Below, piece by piece: positions 1 through 12,178 of a stretch of DNA of 42,229 nucleotides. Within the stretch, counting starts at the first letter, position 1; every line of letters begins with the position of its first letter. Both the position numbers and the translations under genes were made by a program. The stretch is from Octopus sinensis (taxonomy: Eukaryota). The stretch spans positions 1 to 42,229 of the forward strand of contig NW_021835714.1 in the NCBI RefSeq assembly GCF_006345805.1, read 5' to 3'. The notes beneath the pieces were generated by a model. It saw only the letters and a list, made by a program, of their open reading frames with translations, searched no databases and was not told the origin of the DNA.

Positions 1-227
1 TGTGTGTGTGTGTGTGTGCGTGCATTGTGCTCGTGATAATGTGAATGAAAAGGAGATGAGATAGATGGGGAGAGGAAGAGGAAGAGGAGGAGGAAAAGGG
101 GAGAGGGTAATTTTATTGATTTCTTTGGAAATCAGTTGCGAAAAGCCACGGCGTTGGAGGAGATCCATTGAGTTTTGGATATAGAAGAATATGGAGAGAC
201 TGGAAGGTATTGTCACCAACCATAGAA

Positions 228-835
228 CCGTCACCACTACTACCATTATCAGCAGCAGCAGCAGCAACACCATTGCCACCACAACCACCAACACTACGAC
301 CACCACGACCACCACCACTTCCCCCGCCAACAACAACAACAAAACGATAACGATACAATGGGCGCGAAGTATCATTGCTATCAACGCCGTCACCCCCATC
401 GCCACCATCACCACCACCACCCCACCATGAAACACTACCACCGCCTCCACCATTATCATTAACAATACCATCAGTACTAGCATCACCTCTGTCACCACTG
501 CCACCATTGCCGCCGATACCACGCTTACCAACATCCACCATCACCACCACCAACATCCACCATCACCACCACCACCAACACCACCACCACCACCACAACC
601 ACCACCATCACCATCATCATCATCATCAGCAGCAGCATCAGCAGCAGCAGCAGTAGCTCTTTGAAGAATAGGAACCAAAACTCCCTTAAATCACTTCCTG
701 CCATTTTAAAAACGAGGACTTATTCAACACCGTTATTCTCTCTCTATCTATCTGTCTGCCTGCCTGCCTGCCTGCCAGTCTGTTTGTCTGTCTGTCTGTC
801 TGCTGTCTGTCTGTCTGTTTTCTGCCCCCTCTCTC

Positions 836-882
<47 letters not shown>

Positions 883-1089
883 GTATGTATGTATATATAT
901 GTATGTATATGTGTGTTTGTGTGTCTATGTGTGTGTGTGTGCGTGTATGTGTGTGGTGTATGTGTATATGTGTGTCTATGTGTGTGTGTGTGCGTGTATG
1001 TGTGTGTGTGTGTGTTTGTGTGTCTATGTATGCAGTGCGTGTATGTGTGTGTGTTTGTGTGTCTATGTGTATGCATGCGTGTATGTGTG

Positions 1090-1122
<33 letters not shown>

Positions 1123-2084
1123 ATGTGTATATGTGTGTCTATGTGTGTGTGTGTGTGGTGTATGTGTGCGCGTGTATGTGTGTCTATGTGTGCGTGTGTG
1201 TGTATGATCTTCTGTGAACGTTTGGTGTGGTCTGATGAAAGGCTAATTGGCAAAAGGATAAACACCAAGGATTAATGACAGCACCTCCCCCGCCGACACC
1301 ACTTGTTACTACAACTACCAATGCAGCCACTAATACGGCGATTTGTACTACCACCCGAACCACCACATAACCCCCACCGACCCCCACTTAGTATGTCCAT
1401 CAATCAGACACCAGCAAACCCCGTCATGTCGGTCATCGTCACAATTCTCAAACTCTTCACCACCACCATCTCCACCACCACGTTCGCCACGACGACGACC
1501 ACCACCACCACCAATACCACCACCATCACCACTACCGCCAGCACCACCACTACCACCACCACCACAACCACCACCACCACCACCACAACCACCAACACCA
1601 CCGCCAGTACAAACCACCACCACCACCACCATCACCACCACCATCACCACCACCAACAACAACAGCAACAATATACACCACTTCAGAAGCACAACCATCA
1701 CCATTGGCCCCAATAGCGGTATTGAGAGCAGTCTTCAGAACTATCACCTACACTGCAACAGTGGCAAAACCACTTCCACTACTACAGCACCATGACTACA
1801 GTCGGCACTAACACCAGCTGATACATTGATCAACAGAGAATGGAAGCAGCAGCAGCGGCAGCAGCAGCAGTGGCTGCAGCACCAGTAGTTGCAGTAATAG
1901 TAGCAGCAGCAGCAGCAGCTAATGTCAGCGGCAGCAGAGTCAGCAGCAGCGGCAGCAGCAGCAGCAGCAACAGACATGGTGACTGTGGCCTCGTTTGAAG
2001 AGACATTCGTTGTCTGTTTTAAAGTTGAAGAAGATGCGTGTGTATGTAAATATGTATGTAAGTATATCTGTATACATACATACA

Positions 2085-2115
<31 letters not shown>

Positions 2116-2129
2116 GTATATAATATATA

Positions 2130-2177
<48 letters not shown>

Positions 2178-2362
2178 GTATATGAAATATTACATATGTA
2201 TATATATGTATATATATATATACATATATATGTATATAATGTTATAATAAATATATATATTATTCATATATTTATGTATATATCTATATATGTAAATATA
2301 TGTGTATATTATATATATATATATATATATATAATATATGTATATATATGTATATATATATG

Positions 2363-2411
<49 letters not shown>

Positions 2412-2490
2412 TACATATATATATGCATAATGTATATATATTATAATTAGCATATATATATAATGTATATATAAATACACACATATATAT
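228..2490. repeat. Compound simple-repeat field: degenerate CAC/CAT/CAG, (TG)n, (TA)n, (TACA)n
   Basis: Directly visible, and it explains all overlapping low-complexity ORFs. Confidence 0.95.
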
Positions 2491-2757
2491 CGGCGGATAG
2501 ATACATACTATTCAACGCACACACACACACACACACACACACCACGCGCGCACACACAACAGAAAAGATGATTTACAGTTCTCTTTAGCATTTACGATAT
2601 ACATTTTTATTTTGTCACAATTTCGTTTTTCAAAAGTCTTAACACACTTCTTGGAATTCTGCTGCCAATGCCTTTCATACACGTATTTTATACGCACCAC
2701 CACACACACACCCGCGCGCAAAATCACACACACACCATAACTTTTATGTTTCACCTA

Positions 2758-2869
2758 TTTCAGTCATTAGACTGCGACCATGCTGGAGCAACCGCCTTGA
2801 AGAACTTTCAATCGAATGAATCGTTTCCGGGACTTATTACTCTGTTAAGCCTGATACTTATTCAATCGC
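2758..2869 (-). mobile_element. SINE B tail fragment
   Basis: TTTCAGTCATTAGACTGCGACCATGCTGGAGCAACCGCCTT matches the B tail. Confidence 0.7.
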
Positions 2870-3005
2870 CGCCGTGTATATATATACCTACGTACATACA
2901 TACACACAAACACACACACACGCACATATACTTATACACACAATTGTGATATACAATAGTGACAAAATAAAAATGGCCAACGGTACACACGTGGTCACAT
3001 GCGTG

Positions 3006-3047
<42 letters not shown>

Positions 3048-3190
3048 TATATTATAATGGATAACTACTGTGAAGCATTGTGTAGAATATATTGTATAAA
3101 AGATGGTGGGTAAGGCCAAAAACAATGCGAAGTAAATGCAAGGTAAATCACACAAGAAAACAAATAAGTAAATTAATGAAGACTTAGCTT

Positions 3191-3229
3191 GTATTCAATA
3201 TTTCGGGGTTATGACCCCATTTTCAAGAA
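3191..3229 (-). ncRNA. Hammerhead-like motif, U3/A8 core variant (left arm)
   Basis: Minus strand TTC-TTGAAAA-T-GGGG-TCATAA-CCCC-GAAA-TATT-GAATAC. Stem II is a perfect 4 bp and stem I is short. Confidence 0.48.
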
Positions 3230-3255
3230 ATTGAGTAACGTTGCCGGCAACATTC

Positions 3256-3300
3256 GTAAATTTCTTGAAAATGAGGCCATAACCCCGAAATATTGAATAC
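3256..3300 (+). ncRNA. Hammerhead-like motif, U3/A8 core variant (right arm)
   Basis: GTA[AAT]TTC-TTGAAAA-T-GAGG-CCATAA-CCCC-GAAA-TATT-GAATAC. Stem II has one mismatch, and stem III is only the palindromic ATAT. Confidence 0.42.
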
Positions 3301-3707
3301 AAGCTAAGTCTTCATTAATTTACATATTCTTGTGTGATTTACCTTGCATTTCGCATTGTTTTGGCCTTACCTACGATATTTTATACAATATATATATGTA
3401 TGTACTTACACACACACGCATGTGTGCACGCACACACACATGCGCGCGCGCCCATACGCACACACACGTCCACTTGATTTTAAGCTCACCCTCACATACA
3501 TTCATAGGCGCTCGCTCCCATTCACTGATACACACCCACACACCATTCTTACATACGCACACGCGCTTGTGCACTCTAGTTAAGCTGGGTCACCGTTATT
3601 ATCTCCCTTTCACTCAGCCTCTTTCTTCCGGTCATTTCATCATGTTGAGCCGTTATTCCCTACACATTTCCTTTTTCCTTGTCTCTCCAGTTTTCTCCTC
3701 TCTACGC

Positions 3708-3835
3708 TTCCGTCTACTAAACTCACTCACAAGCCTTTGGCCTGGCCGAAGCTATGGTAGAAAACAGGTGTCCAACGTACTATGGAGTGGGACTGAACTC
3801 GGAACCATATGGTTGAGAAGCAAGCTTCTATCCAC
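3708..3835 (-). mobile_element. SINE B head fragment, degenerate
   Basis: CACTCACAAGCCTTTGG...GGGACTGAACTCGGAACCATATGGTTG matches 27418-27578. Confidence 0.7.
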
Positions 3836-4486
3836 GCTCTCCAAAACTGTGATTCTTAAAAGACGAGGGTATATTCCTTCTAAAGCGGGCTCAATATATT
3901 GGCATTCGTCTTGAATAGTCCGTGTACCAAGCTCAACTACCCGAGCTCGGGTGGGCCGGGTAGTTGGTAATATGAGCGACGGATTAGCGGATTGACTAAA
4001 CTACCCAAGGAATCCTTGAGCCATGGCAGTTAACAGGCGAACTGGGATCAGCCTGAGGTGAAGAGGGGAGAGGTGTGAGAAAGGGATAGAGAAAAGCAAA
4101 TATAAGGGTAATTCAGCTCCTTAATAAGTTCCATTGATCTCAAATGCCCTTAAATGTTAGTCCGGTTTGTTTTAATGTTAACCACTTTTCAATCATCGTG
4201 CGCTCGCGTATGTACGTCTCTTCTATTATGTAATCATTATAAATCTTGAACTGAGGAGGGACCCGGTTTCCAACAAAGATACAAGGCTCCATCTTTGGGA
4301 TGTAGTTAACACAGGCAAATCCACATTTGGAACTTGAGAAAAGTTTTGCATATTTTATGTCTATGTATGTATGTCATTGTTCAGTTTTATTTCAAAATTT
4401 CTTGCCAATACAGAAGGAACCGGTTTCTAACCTAGATCCAGTCTCCTTCATTGAAATTTCAACATCAACAACAGGGCATTTTTGCA

Positions 4487-4790
4487 TGTATGTATGTATG
4501 TATGTATGTATGTATGTATGTATGGATGGATGATGGATGGATGGATGGATGCATGCATGCATGTATGTATGTATGTATGTTGTATGTATGTATGCATGCA
4601 TGTATGTATTATGTATGTATGTATGTATGTATGTATGTATGTATGCATGCATGTATGTATGTATGTATGTATGTATGTATGCATGTATGTTTGTATATAT
4701 GTATGTATGTATGTATGTATGGATGGATGGATGGATGGATGGATGGATGGATGGATGCATGCATGCATGCATGTATGTATATGTATGTAT
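4487..4790. repeat. (TATG)n/(TGGA)n/(TGCA)n compound tetranucleotide repeat
   Basis: Directly visible. Confidence 0.97.
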
Positions 4791-5129
4791 GTAGTGAGAA
4801 TATGTAGCTGAATAATTTATGTAAATAAGTAATCAAAATTATGTTTTGCATGAAAATATAACTTAGCGTTAAATAAACTAAATAAGATATGTTTTTTCAT
4901 TTATTGATCACATTGTCGGTAAACGTTTAACAGATTCAGTAACAATTGTTTGACATCGCTGGATAAAACCGAGTGCCAAAGGCCAGATCCCCGTCCCATG
5001 CAGTTTGTCTTAAGATCTCTGTATTCTCTTATACTTTTAATGGTTTCAGTAGTGGGCCTGCGGCTATGCTGGAGCACCGACTTAATTTATTTCCTATCAG
5101 TTTTGTTGTCGCTTTATGGCTGTAAATTG

Positions 5130-5340
5130 GTCTGTGATTAAGTTTTCAACAGCTGATCTCGTCTGAGTGTCTTCTAGAATGGTCGGCCGGGCCAGTATCA
5201 TCGTTAGGATTTTATTTACTCTTTTCAATGTTTTCGTAGATATTCCTTTGATATTTCTGATTTCTTTGGGTTTGCAGTTGGATAGTAAAGGACCTCTAAA
5301 CACCGGACTGTTACAATAGAGTGTTCTACTTCCCGAGGAA
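5130..5340 (-). mobile_element. Decayed LINE (CR1/L2-like) ORF2 C-terminal remnant
   Basis: The ORF segment YCNSPVFRGPLLSNCKPKEIRNIKGISTKTLKRVNKILTMILARPT...TRSAVENL resembles the CR1-group C-terminal pattern (..GP.LFN.LP..IRN......FK.KLD.FL..IPDEP....RAA.SNSL). Confidence 0.5.
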
Positions 5341-6571
5341 ATAAACGTTTGCCAGTTCACATTGATGTTGTATGGAGTTGCATGACTGTACACTAGTGTC
5401 ATAAGAACAATTGTGTTGAGTTAGATCTATCAAATAGATATATTAGGATAGTAAAGTGATAAGGCATCCTTCTGGGTACCTGAATGAATACAAATGTTGC
5501 AAGAACCATCAGTTATAGGGATTTTAAGTAAACCGTATATTGTTTTATGGTTCACTTTAAACAGCAAAGGACATACTGACTGGATAAGCTAATGCTTTGG
5601 AAATCTCCATACAGTTGAATGGGAATATATTAGGGTTCTTCGAATTACATAGGGCAGAAGAATTTTGCATGTAATTACTAGAAAGATTTCTTCTGTATAT
5701 ATATTACGGAAGCAGCAAGGTTTTAATGCATTTATAACGTACCTCATTAATATTTTATTAAAGTTTTTTTTATTATGGCATCACTGGTCTATGGGGAAAT
5801 GCTTATTTATTAGGTATTGGAAAATCGTGCCCACAATGAAACAATCATTTAAACTCTTGAGATGGTTATAACATATAATTTTACGCATCATTTTTTTCTT
5901 CATATTTTATTTGCTTTCATGGATATATTATTGTGGCTCTCTATAGCATATATTCAACGTTTGAATCTTCTCTATGCTATAGATTCTCCCTTTTAATCTT
6001 CTGCATGCCACATATCCTGCCTCCTGCAAATCACAGATTGCTGGCATAAGTGCTGGTTCTACAATGCAGATCTTTGTTTACTGTTCCTCGACAAAAATAT
6101 GATGTCTTCGCGAAGAATGTTTCTAATGCTGTAACTGCTCAGTCAGTCTTGGCATAGGATCGAATATCAGCCAATAAAAGCAACCACAATTTTATAGGAG
6201 GAAAAAAGATTATGTGGAATTCGTGCACTTCTAAGAGATATGAGTATCGATGCTGAAAGTAGGTAGCATCAACGGAAAATTAAAAGGCGGATTGCTGGCA
6301 CAAAAGGGATACATCTCATGTGAACTCCTTTATCTACATTTCCGATCGTTTCCAATAACAAAAGTATTTGATAAATAATTTCGTCGCGATTTCAAAAACT
6401 TAACAGGGTTATTCGGCTAACAAGGGTTTGTGTTGATAATTGAACGCGGTAAATATGTTTATTTTTTAATCTTTCAGCGCTCTCAAAAGTCAATTAATTT
6501 CACGCCTTGTCAATAACAAAACAATATATTTTTTTATGACATATATGTGTTTATACATGACATATACATAC

Positions 6572-6699
<128 letters not shown>

Positions 6700-7653
6700 T
6701 ATACATATATACACACACATTTGTATGTGTGCAAAGAGATAAAGAGAGAGGTTTACTGTTATTGTTAGAGAAATATCAAATATCTACAGCAATCTGTTTA
6801 TCACAATGTACACACAAATAAAACAAATACAAGAATGAAAGCAAACAAACAAAAATCCTTATCGAATAAAAAATAAACACTAAAAAGACAAAATGTTTTT
6901 TTTTTTAAATGGTATATTTATTTTTTTGTACATTAAAGATACAAATAACCCAAACAAAGCAATGATTGTTAATAACAGTAAGTAGTCGGAATTAGTCGAT
7001 ATATATAAACATCTAGGAAAAAAAATTACTTTGGACATTATGAATAATATATATATAAAAACATACGCTAAAAAAACATTATTTTATTGTGTAATTAAAT
7101 TCAAATAGGATGGGTGTGAAGACGTGTGTTTCAAATCTTTTGTGAAACCTTGGTCAAATAAGTAAAAGTGAAACTAGCGATGTTTTCATGAGGGTCCAGT
7201 TCACATGCATACCTGCAAACATGCAACCCTCTCCACACATACATACATACACATATATATGAAGTCCAGCACCGCTAATTCCCTGCCGGTAATGATGGAT
7301 TATCAACTATAATGGTGCGTTGGAACTCCGTCTTAAAAAATAACAAAATCTTGTTTTTTAACCGATACATGAAATATCTAAGAGGTATTTTTTAACAGCC
7401 TCAAAATCGGCCGACTTTCTTCCCACGGGATAAATTCAGTTTATAAATTTCATATTGTATTTTTTAGTTTCCAATCCACGCAAATATAAACGCGTGATCC
7501 TTTGCAATATCTGCAAAATAAGGTGCAACTGCACCTTATTTTCGAATTGGTATGGCTCATCTTTACCGTGCTCTGAATCAGCGGAATAATAATTCATCTA
7601 GAAAATTACTATTTTTAAATTTCACAAGGAGAGATATTCAGCAACAGTACTTA

Positions 7654-8030
7654 GGAGTAAAGATTGTTTGCCAACATAACATGGTAGGCATGGTTTAGGA
7701 CGAATGTTGCTGGCAATTTAGACCCAGGAGATATCGTCTCCAGCTGGCTATAAGACACGATCCGTGTCTTTATACTTCGAACGGGAATTTGGCAGCGCCA
7801 CCTCTAGCCGAACAATTATTCTGTGCTGATGAAGGGAAATAACCCGGAAATTACGATACACAGATATTGTTTTGAACTGAGTGGGGGTGCTAGATTCCCT
7901 TGTTCGAAAATATAAGGACACAGATCGTGTCGTATAACCAGCTGGAGATGATGTCTCATGGGGCTAAATTACAGCAACATTCTTCCTAAACCAGGACTGC
8001 CATGTTATGTTGGCAAACAATCTTTACTCC
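7654..8030. repeat. Fold-back element: ~165-bp inverted arms with a ~50-nt central region
   Basis: The outer 31 nt GGAGTAAAGATTGTTTGCCAACATAACATGG (7654-7684) match the reverse complement of 8000-8030 exactly. The arms continue inward with scattered mismatches to about 7816/7866. Confidence 0.9.
7820..7864 (+). ncRNA. Minimal type I hammerhead-ribozyme-like motif
   Basis: Stem I TCTGTG/CACAGA; core CTGATGA (7826-7832); A; stem II GGG-AAATAA-CCC; G; GAAA (7847-7850); 2-bp stem III closed by a TACG loop; predicted cleavage AUA after 7858. Confidence 0.6.
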
Positions 8031-9060
8031 AATAATTCACCTAGTTCTTAAAATATCACCCCATGTTTATTTACTGAATGTTTGGTTACAATTTCCATAA
8101 AAAATATTTGGCTAATAATGAGAAGTGAAGTGAATATCTATCAAGGTTTTTGCAGAAATATGAAATTTCTCGGGTTAACATGAAATATATCCCTTTTATT
8201 TGTTGGTGTACGTAGGAATCTTGTCTAGGATATTCTCTGTTATTTGAATATTTTCGATTCCATCGCTTTCAACAAAACACTTGAGATACTGGGGTTGAAT
8301 GCGATACTTCTCCCTCTACAACTAAAGCAATACACATGATGGTTGTCTCTGATTTTAAAGGTGTTTGCATTAAGTCCATCGCAGTTCCTCCCAATACACT
8401 GGTTGTTGTACTCGTTCTTTATACCATCGCCTCAGTGCGGCTCTCTGTTTGACGATCAAATCGGTGTAAATATCTTATGGCATTTAAGTTTGCAAAACTA
8501 GGTAACACTCTAAAGACATGTAATGAGAGATCGATAAAAGGTGTAACAGACTAAATACTCGGGTCGATATAATTGATTGAAGCCATTGAAGGTAATACCC
8601 CAGTATCACCGTGGTCTATTGACTAAATTAATAACAGAATTAAAGGCAATATGTATGTATATATATGTATAAAGGAACAGAGAGAGAGAGAGAGACCAAC
8701 AGACAGAGAGATGCGGCAAGAAAAATAAAACAACAAATAAAGCGCAGAAAAAAAAAGAAAGGCAGAAGTGAATGAGACAGAGAGATGAAAATACAAAATT
8801 TTTCTGTTTTATAATATTTCTTGGAGGTGGTATATGGGTGATCGATCACTTGATTTATTTATTTGTTGGTGAAAGGTTACTTATCTATCTGATATAACGT
8901 CTTATGAGATATAAAAATATTGCTTCCATCAAGACATATTTTCAATAATAAATTTATTAAGACTGATTATTATTATCATCCTTATAATAACAATATTAAC
9001 AATCAAAATATTAATAATCATTGTTATTATTTTTATGGTTATTAATATTTTCCTATCTCC

Positions 9061-9106
<46 letters not shown>

Positions 9107-9633
9107 TATTATTATTATATTATTATTATTATTATTATATTATTATTATTATTATTATATGGCTATTACTATTATTATTTATTTTTAGTTTTGTTGTGGA
9201 ATGAAATATTTTAATATTTTAATATGAGATAGCAATCATTCTTATGTTGTTTTTTTTTACACTCATTCTCTGTTTCTGTCTCTCTTTCCCCCTCACCTTC
9301 TCTCTCTTTCCCTCTCTCCCTCTCTCTCACCTCGTGCCGACTGACAAATTTATTTTAGTCAATATTGCATTGCGAAGTGATGTGAAATCTATTAAGAGTT
9401 TAATGACCATAAATATAACATCGTCCGTTGTCGCTAAATATGTGGCACGGCGAAGGCATGAAACGTCCAGTGTGTTTATATCTGTGTTGCATCACCCAGA
9501 CAGATCGGGTGAATGAACAAAGTAGACAGTCGTCAGCATGGAGATTCAGTCGTCTGAGGCACTTAAACTTGATTGAACCCATTACTCTTCAAGTTGAGTC
9601 TTCCCACGCTAGAACTGGAACTTTCACATTCTT

Positions 9634-10091
9634 TTCTAACTCTAGGCACAAGGGCCGAAATTTTGGGTGAGGGGGGGGGCAGTCGATTAGATCGACGCCA
9701 ATACTTAACTGGTACTTAATTTATCGACCCCAAAAGAATGAAAGGCAAAGTCGACCTAAGTGGAATTTGAACTCAGAACGTAACGGCAGACGAAATACCT
9801 ATTTCTTTACTACCCACAAGGGGCTAAACACAAAGGGGACAAACAAGGACAGACAAACAGATTAAGTCGATTATATCGACCCCAGTGCGTAACTGGGACT
9901 TATTTAATCGACTCCGAAAGGATGAAAGGCAAAGTCGACCTCGGCGAAATTTGAACTAAGAACGTAGCGGCAGGCGAAATACTGCTAAGCATTTCGCCCG
10001 GCGTGCTAACGTTTCTGCCAACTCGCCGCCTTACATAAACTTATTCGTTTCTACTCTAGGCAAAAGGCCCGAAATTTTTTGGGGAGGGGGG
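9634..10091 (-). mobile_element. SINE family A cluster: headless copy (9634-9799), full copy (9800-10030), isolated tail (10048-10091)
   Basis: Shares the core GAGTTCAAATTCCGCCGAGGTCGACTTTGCCTTTCATCC...GGGGTCGAT with the copies at 14275 and 38759. The full copy has the head GGCGGCGAGTTGGCAGAAACGTTAGCACGCCGGGCG. Confidence 0.88.
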
Positions 10092-10109
10092 CAGATATGA
10101 ATAATATCT

Positions 10110-10509
10110 ATATATATGCATGTATGCATGTATGTATGTATGCATGTACGTATGTATGTATGTGTGTGTGTATGTATGTGTGTCTGTATGTATGTATTCA
10201 TGCATGTATATATGTATGTATGTATGTGTGTGTATGTGTGTGTGTATGTGTGTATGTATGTATGTATGTATGTATGTATGTATGTATGTATGTATGTATG
10301 TATGTATGTATGTCTAGATTTCTAAAGTGTTGTACAGATTTCATTTATTAAGCAAAAGGTAGTTGTCATAATTTTGGCTAAAATTCTTCATTAGCGATTT
10401 GGTCTCATTCGTGGAAATTCCTCAGACATAAGTCTTGCAGAAACTTTTGTTGCCTTTTATAGAAAACTAAAGAGGATGTTTTTGTTATGTTTTATTTTAT
10501 TCTGTTATA

Positions 10510-10548
<39 letters not shown>

Positions 10549-10831
10549 TTAGAGAGAGAGAGAGAGAGAAAGAGAGAGAGCATGAGAGAAAAGGAGAAAG
10601 AGGAAAGAGGAAACAAGGGAAGAAGGAGAAAGAAGGGAAGAGAGAAAGAAAGAGAGGAAGACAGAAAGGACAGAAAAGAGAAAGGAAAAGAGAAAAAAGA
10701 AAGAAAGAATACAACTGAGGACCATCTGTGATTTGTAGCTTTTTCACCGTTGGCTGACATTGAAGACATTCCAAGACGACCATATTGTGTTTTTAAAGAA
10801 AGGGAGAAAGAAAGGACAAGAAGAAGGACGC

Positions 10832-10877
<46 letters not shown>

Positions 10878-10920
10878 AAAAAGGAAAGAGGAAAGAGAAA
10901 GAAAGACAGAGAGAAAAGGG
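10110..10920. repeat. (TATG)n, (TA)n and GA-rich purine tracts
   Basis: Directly visible. Confidence 0.93.
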
Positions 10921-11726
10921 TCTTCTTTTCGATTGTACTGTATCGATGTGGTGGTCAGCTTGTTATCTTGATTCAGTCATTGTTTTTGAAAGCATATCTC
11001 TTTCTCTCCCTTCTCCGCCCTCTCTTTCTCTTCTTATATACATATTAACGTTTCTAAATACACACAATACAACCAATGCATCTCTCTCTCTCATTCTATA
11101 CATATTAACATGTTTGTAAATAATTACATTCACACACACACACACACACATACAGGACACCACACACACAATGCACTCAATATTTAAAGCAATGCCAAAT
11201 CTAAGCAACGTAATTTACCGAAGAGCTAACGAGTAAACGTCAACATGGCGGTCTGACACGCTGGAAATAATAAGCAAGTGTCTCGGAAATCAATTGCTGC
11301 AATCATATATTGGAGCAGAAGATTAGATAATGTGGTGCTACGTACAACTGAAAAGATGGGAGGGTCACGGCTGGAATGTTTTTGATCATTGTAAGTTTGC
11401 TCAATCAATGTTGCTAAACTGCAACTAAATCTACAGACGAGACAATGTGGGGGCATCATGATGATCCCTTTAGAAATTATTAGCGAGCCTCTATGAAATT
11501 AGGCCACAATCCTATCCTTTTAATCAGCGGCGTATTAGATAATGATGGAGTCCTGGGTACAAAATAACCGACAAGGCGGGATAGTCATGGCTGGCTCGAC
11601 ATTGATCTTGAATCTGCTTGATGAACACGGTTCTGATGCTTAGCCACAGCACTGCGATCTTTAGAAACAGCATTCAACAAAACTGTACGTGGAACCTTTA
11701 TTCTTACCTTGTTCTTCACTTCTGAA

Positions 11727-11727
<1 letters not shown>

Positions 11728-11759
<32 letters not shown>

Positions 11760-11832
11760 ATCCATCCATCCATCCATCCATCCATCTCTCTCTCTCTCCC
11801 TCTCTCTCTCTTTTTATCTCTCTCTTTTTATC

Positions 11833-11883
<51 letters not shown>

Positions 11884-11964
11884 CTATTTATCTATCTTTA
11901 TCTATCTATCCATCCATCTATCCATCCATCCATCCATCCATCTCTCTCTCTATCTATCTATCTA

Positions 11965-12026
<62 letters not shown>

Positions 12027-12088
12027 ACTATACATCTCTCTCTCTCTCTATTTATCTATCTCTATCTATCTATCCATCTATCCATCCA

Positions 12089-12156
<68 letters not shown>

Positions 12157-12178
12157 AATCTATCTATCTATCTATCTC
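11728..12178. repeat. (TCTA)n/(TCCA)n/(TC)n compound repeat
   Basis: Directly visible. Confidence 0.97.

Larger units (their letters stand above)
3087..3393. repeat. Fold-back (palindromic) element, ~150-bp arms centred on GTTGCCGGCAAC
   Basis: The left arm 3087-3239 is the near-exact reverse complement of 3252-3393, for example GTAAATTAATGAAGACTTAGCTTGTATTCAATATTTCGGGGTTATG. The centre 3240-3251 is a perfect palindrome. Confidence 0.92.

Noticed and set aside
1220-1270. CTGATGA at ~1232 with nearby TGGTGT/ACACCA complementarity
   Set aside because: There is no proper stem II, AAAA replaces GAAA, and stem I is not adjacent to the core, so it does not fit a hammerhead.
113-1795. Gly/Thr/His/Pro-rich ORFs that resemble transcription-factor low-complexity regions
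   Set aside because: They are open in several frames on both strands because of degenerate trinucleotide repeats, with no recognisable domain.
4261-4456. Two diverged ~40-bp copies of CCGGTTTCYAAC...GAT.CA
   Set aside because: They are probably fragments of an old interspersed repeat, too short and diverged to classify.
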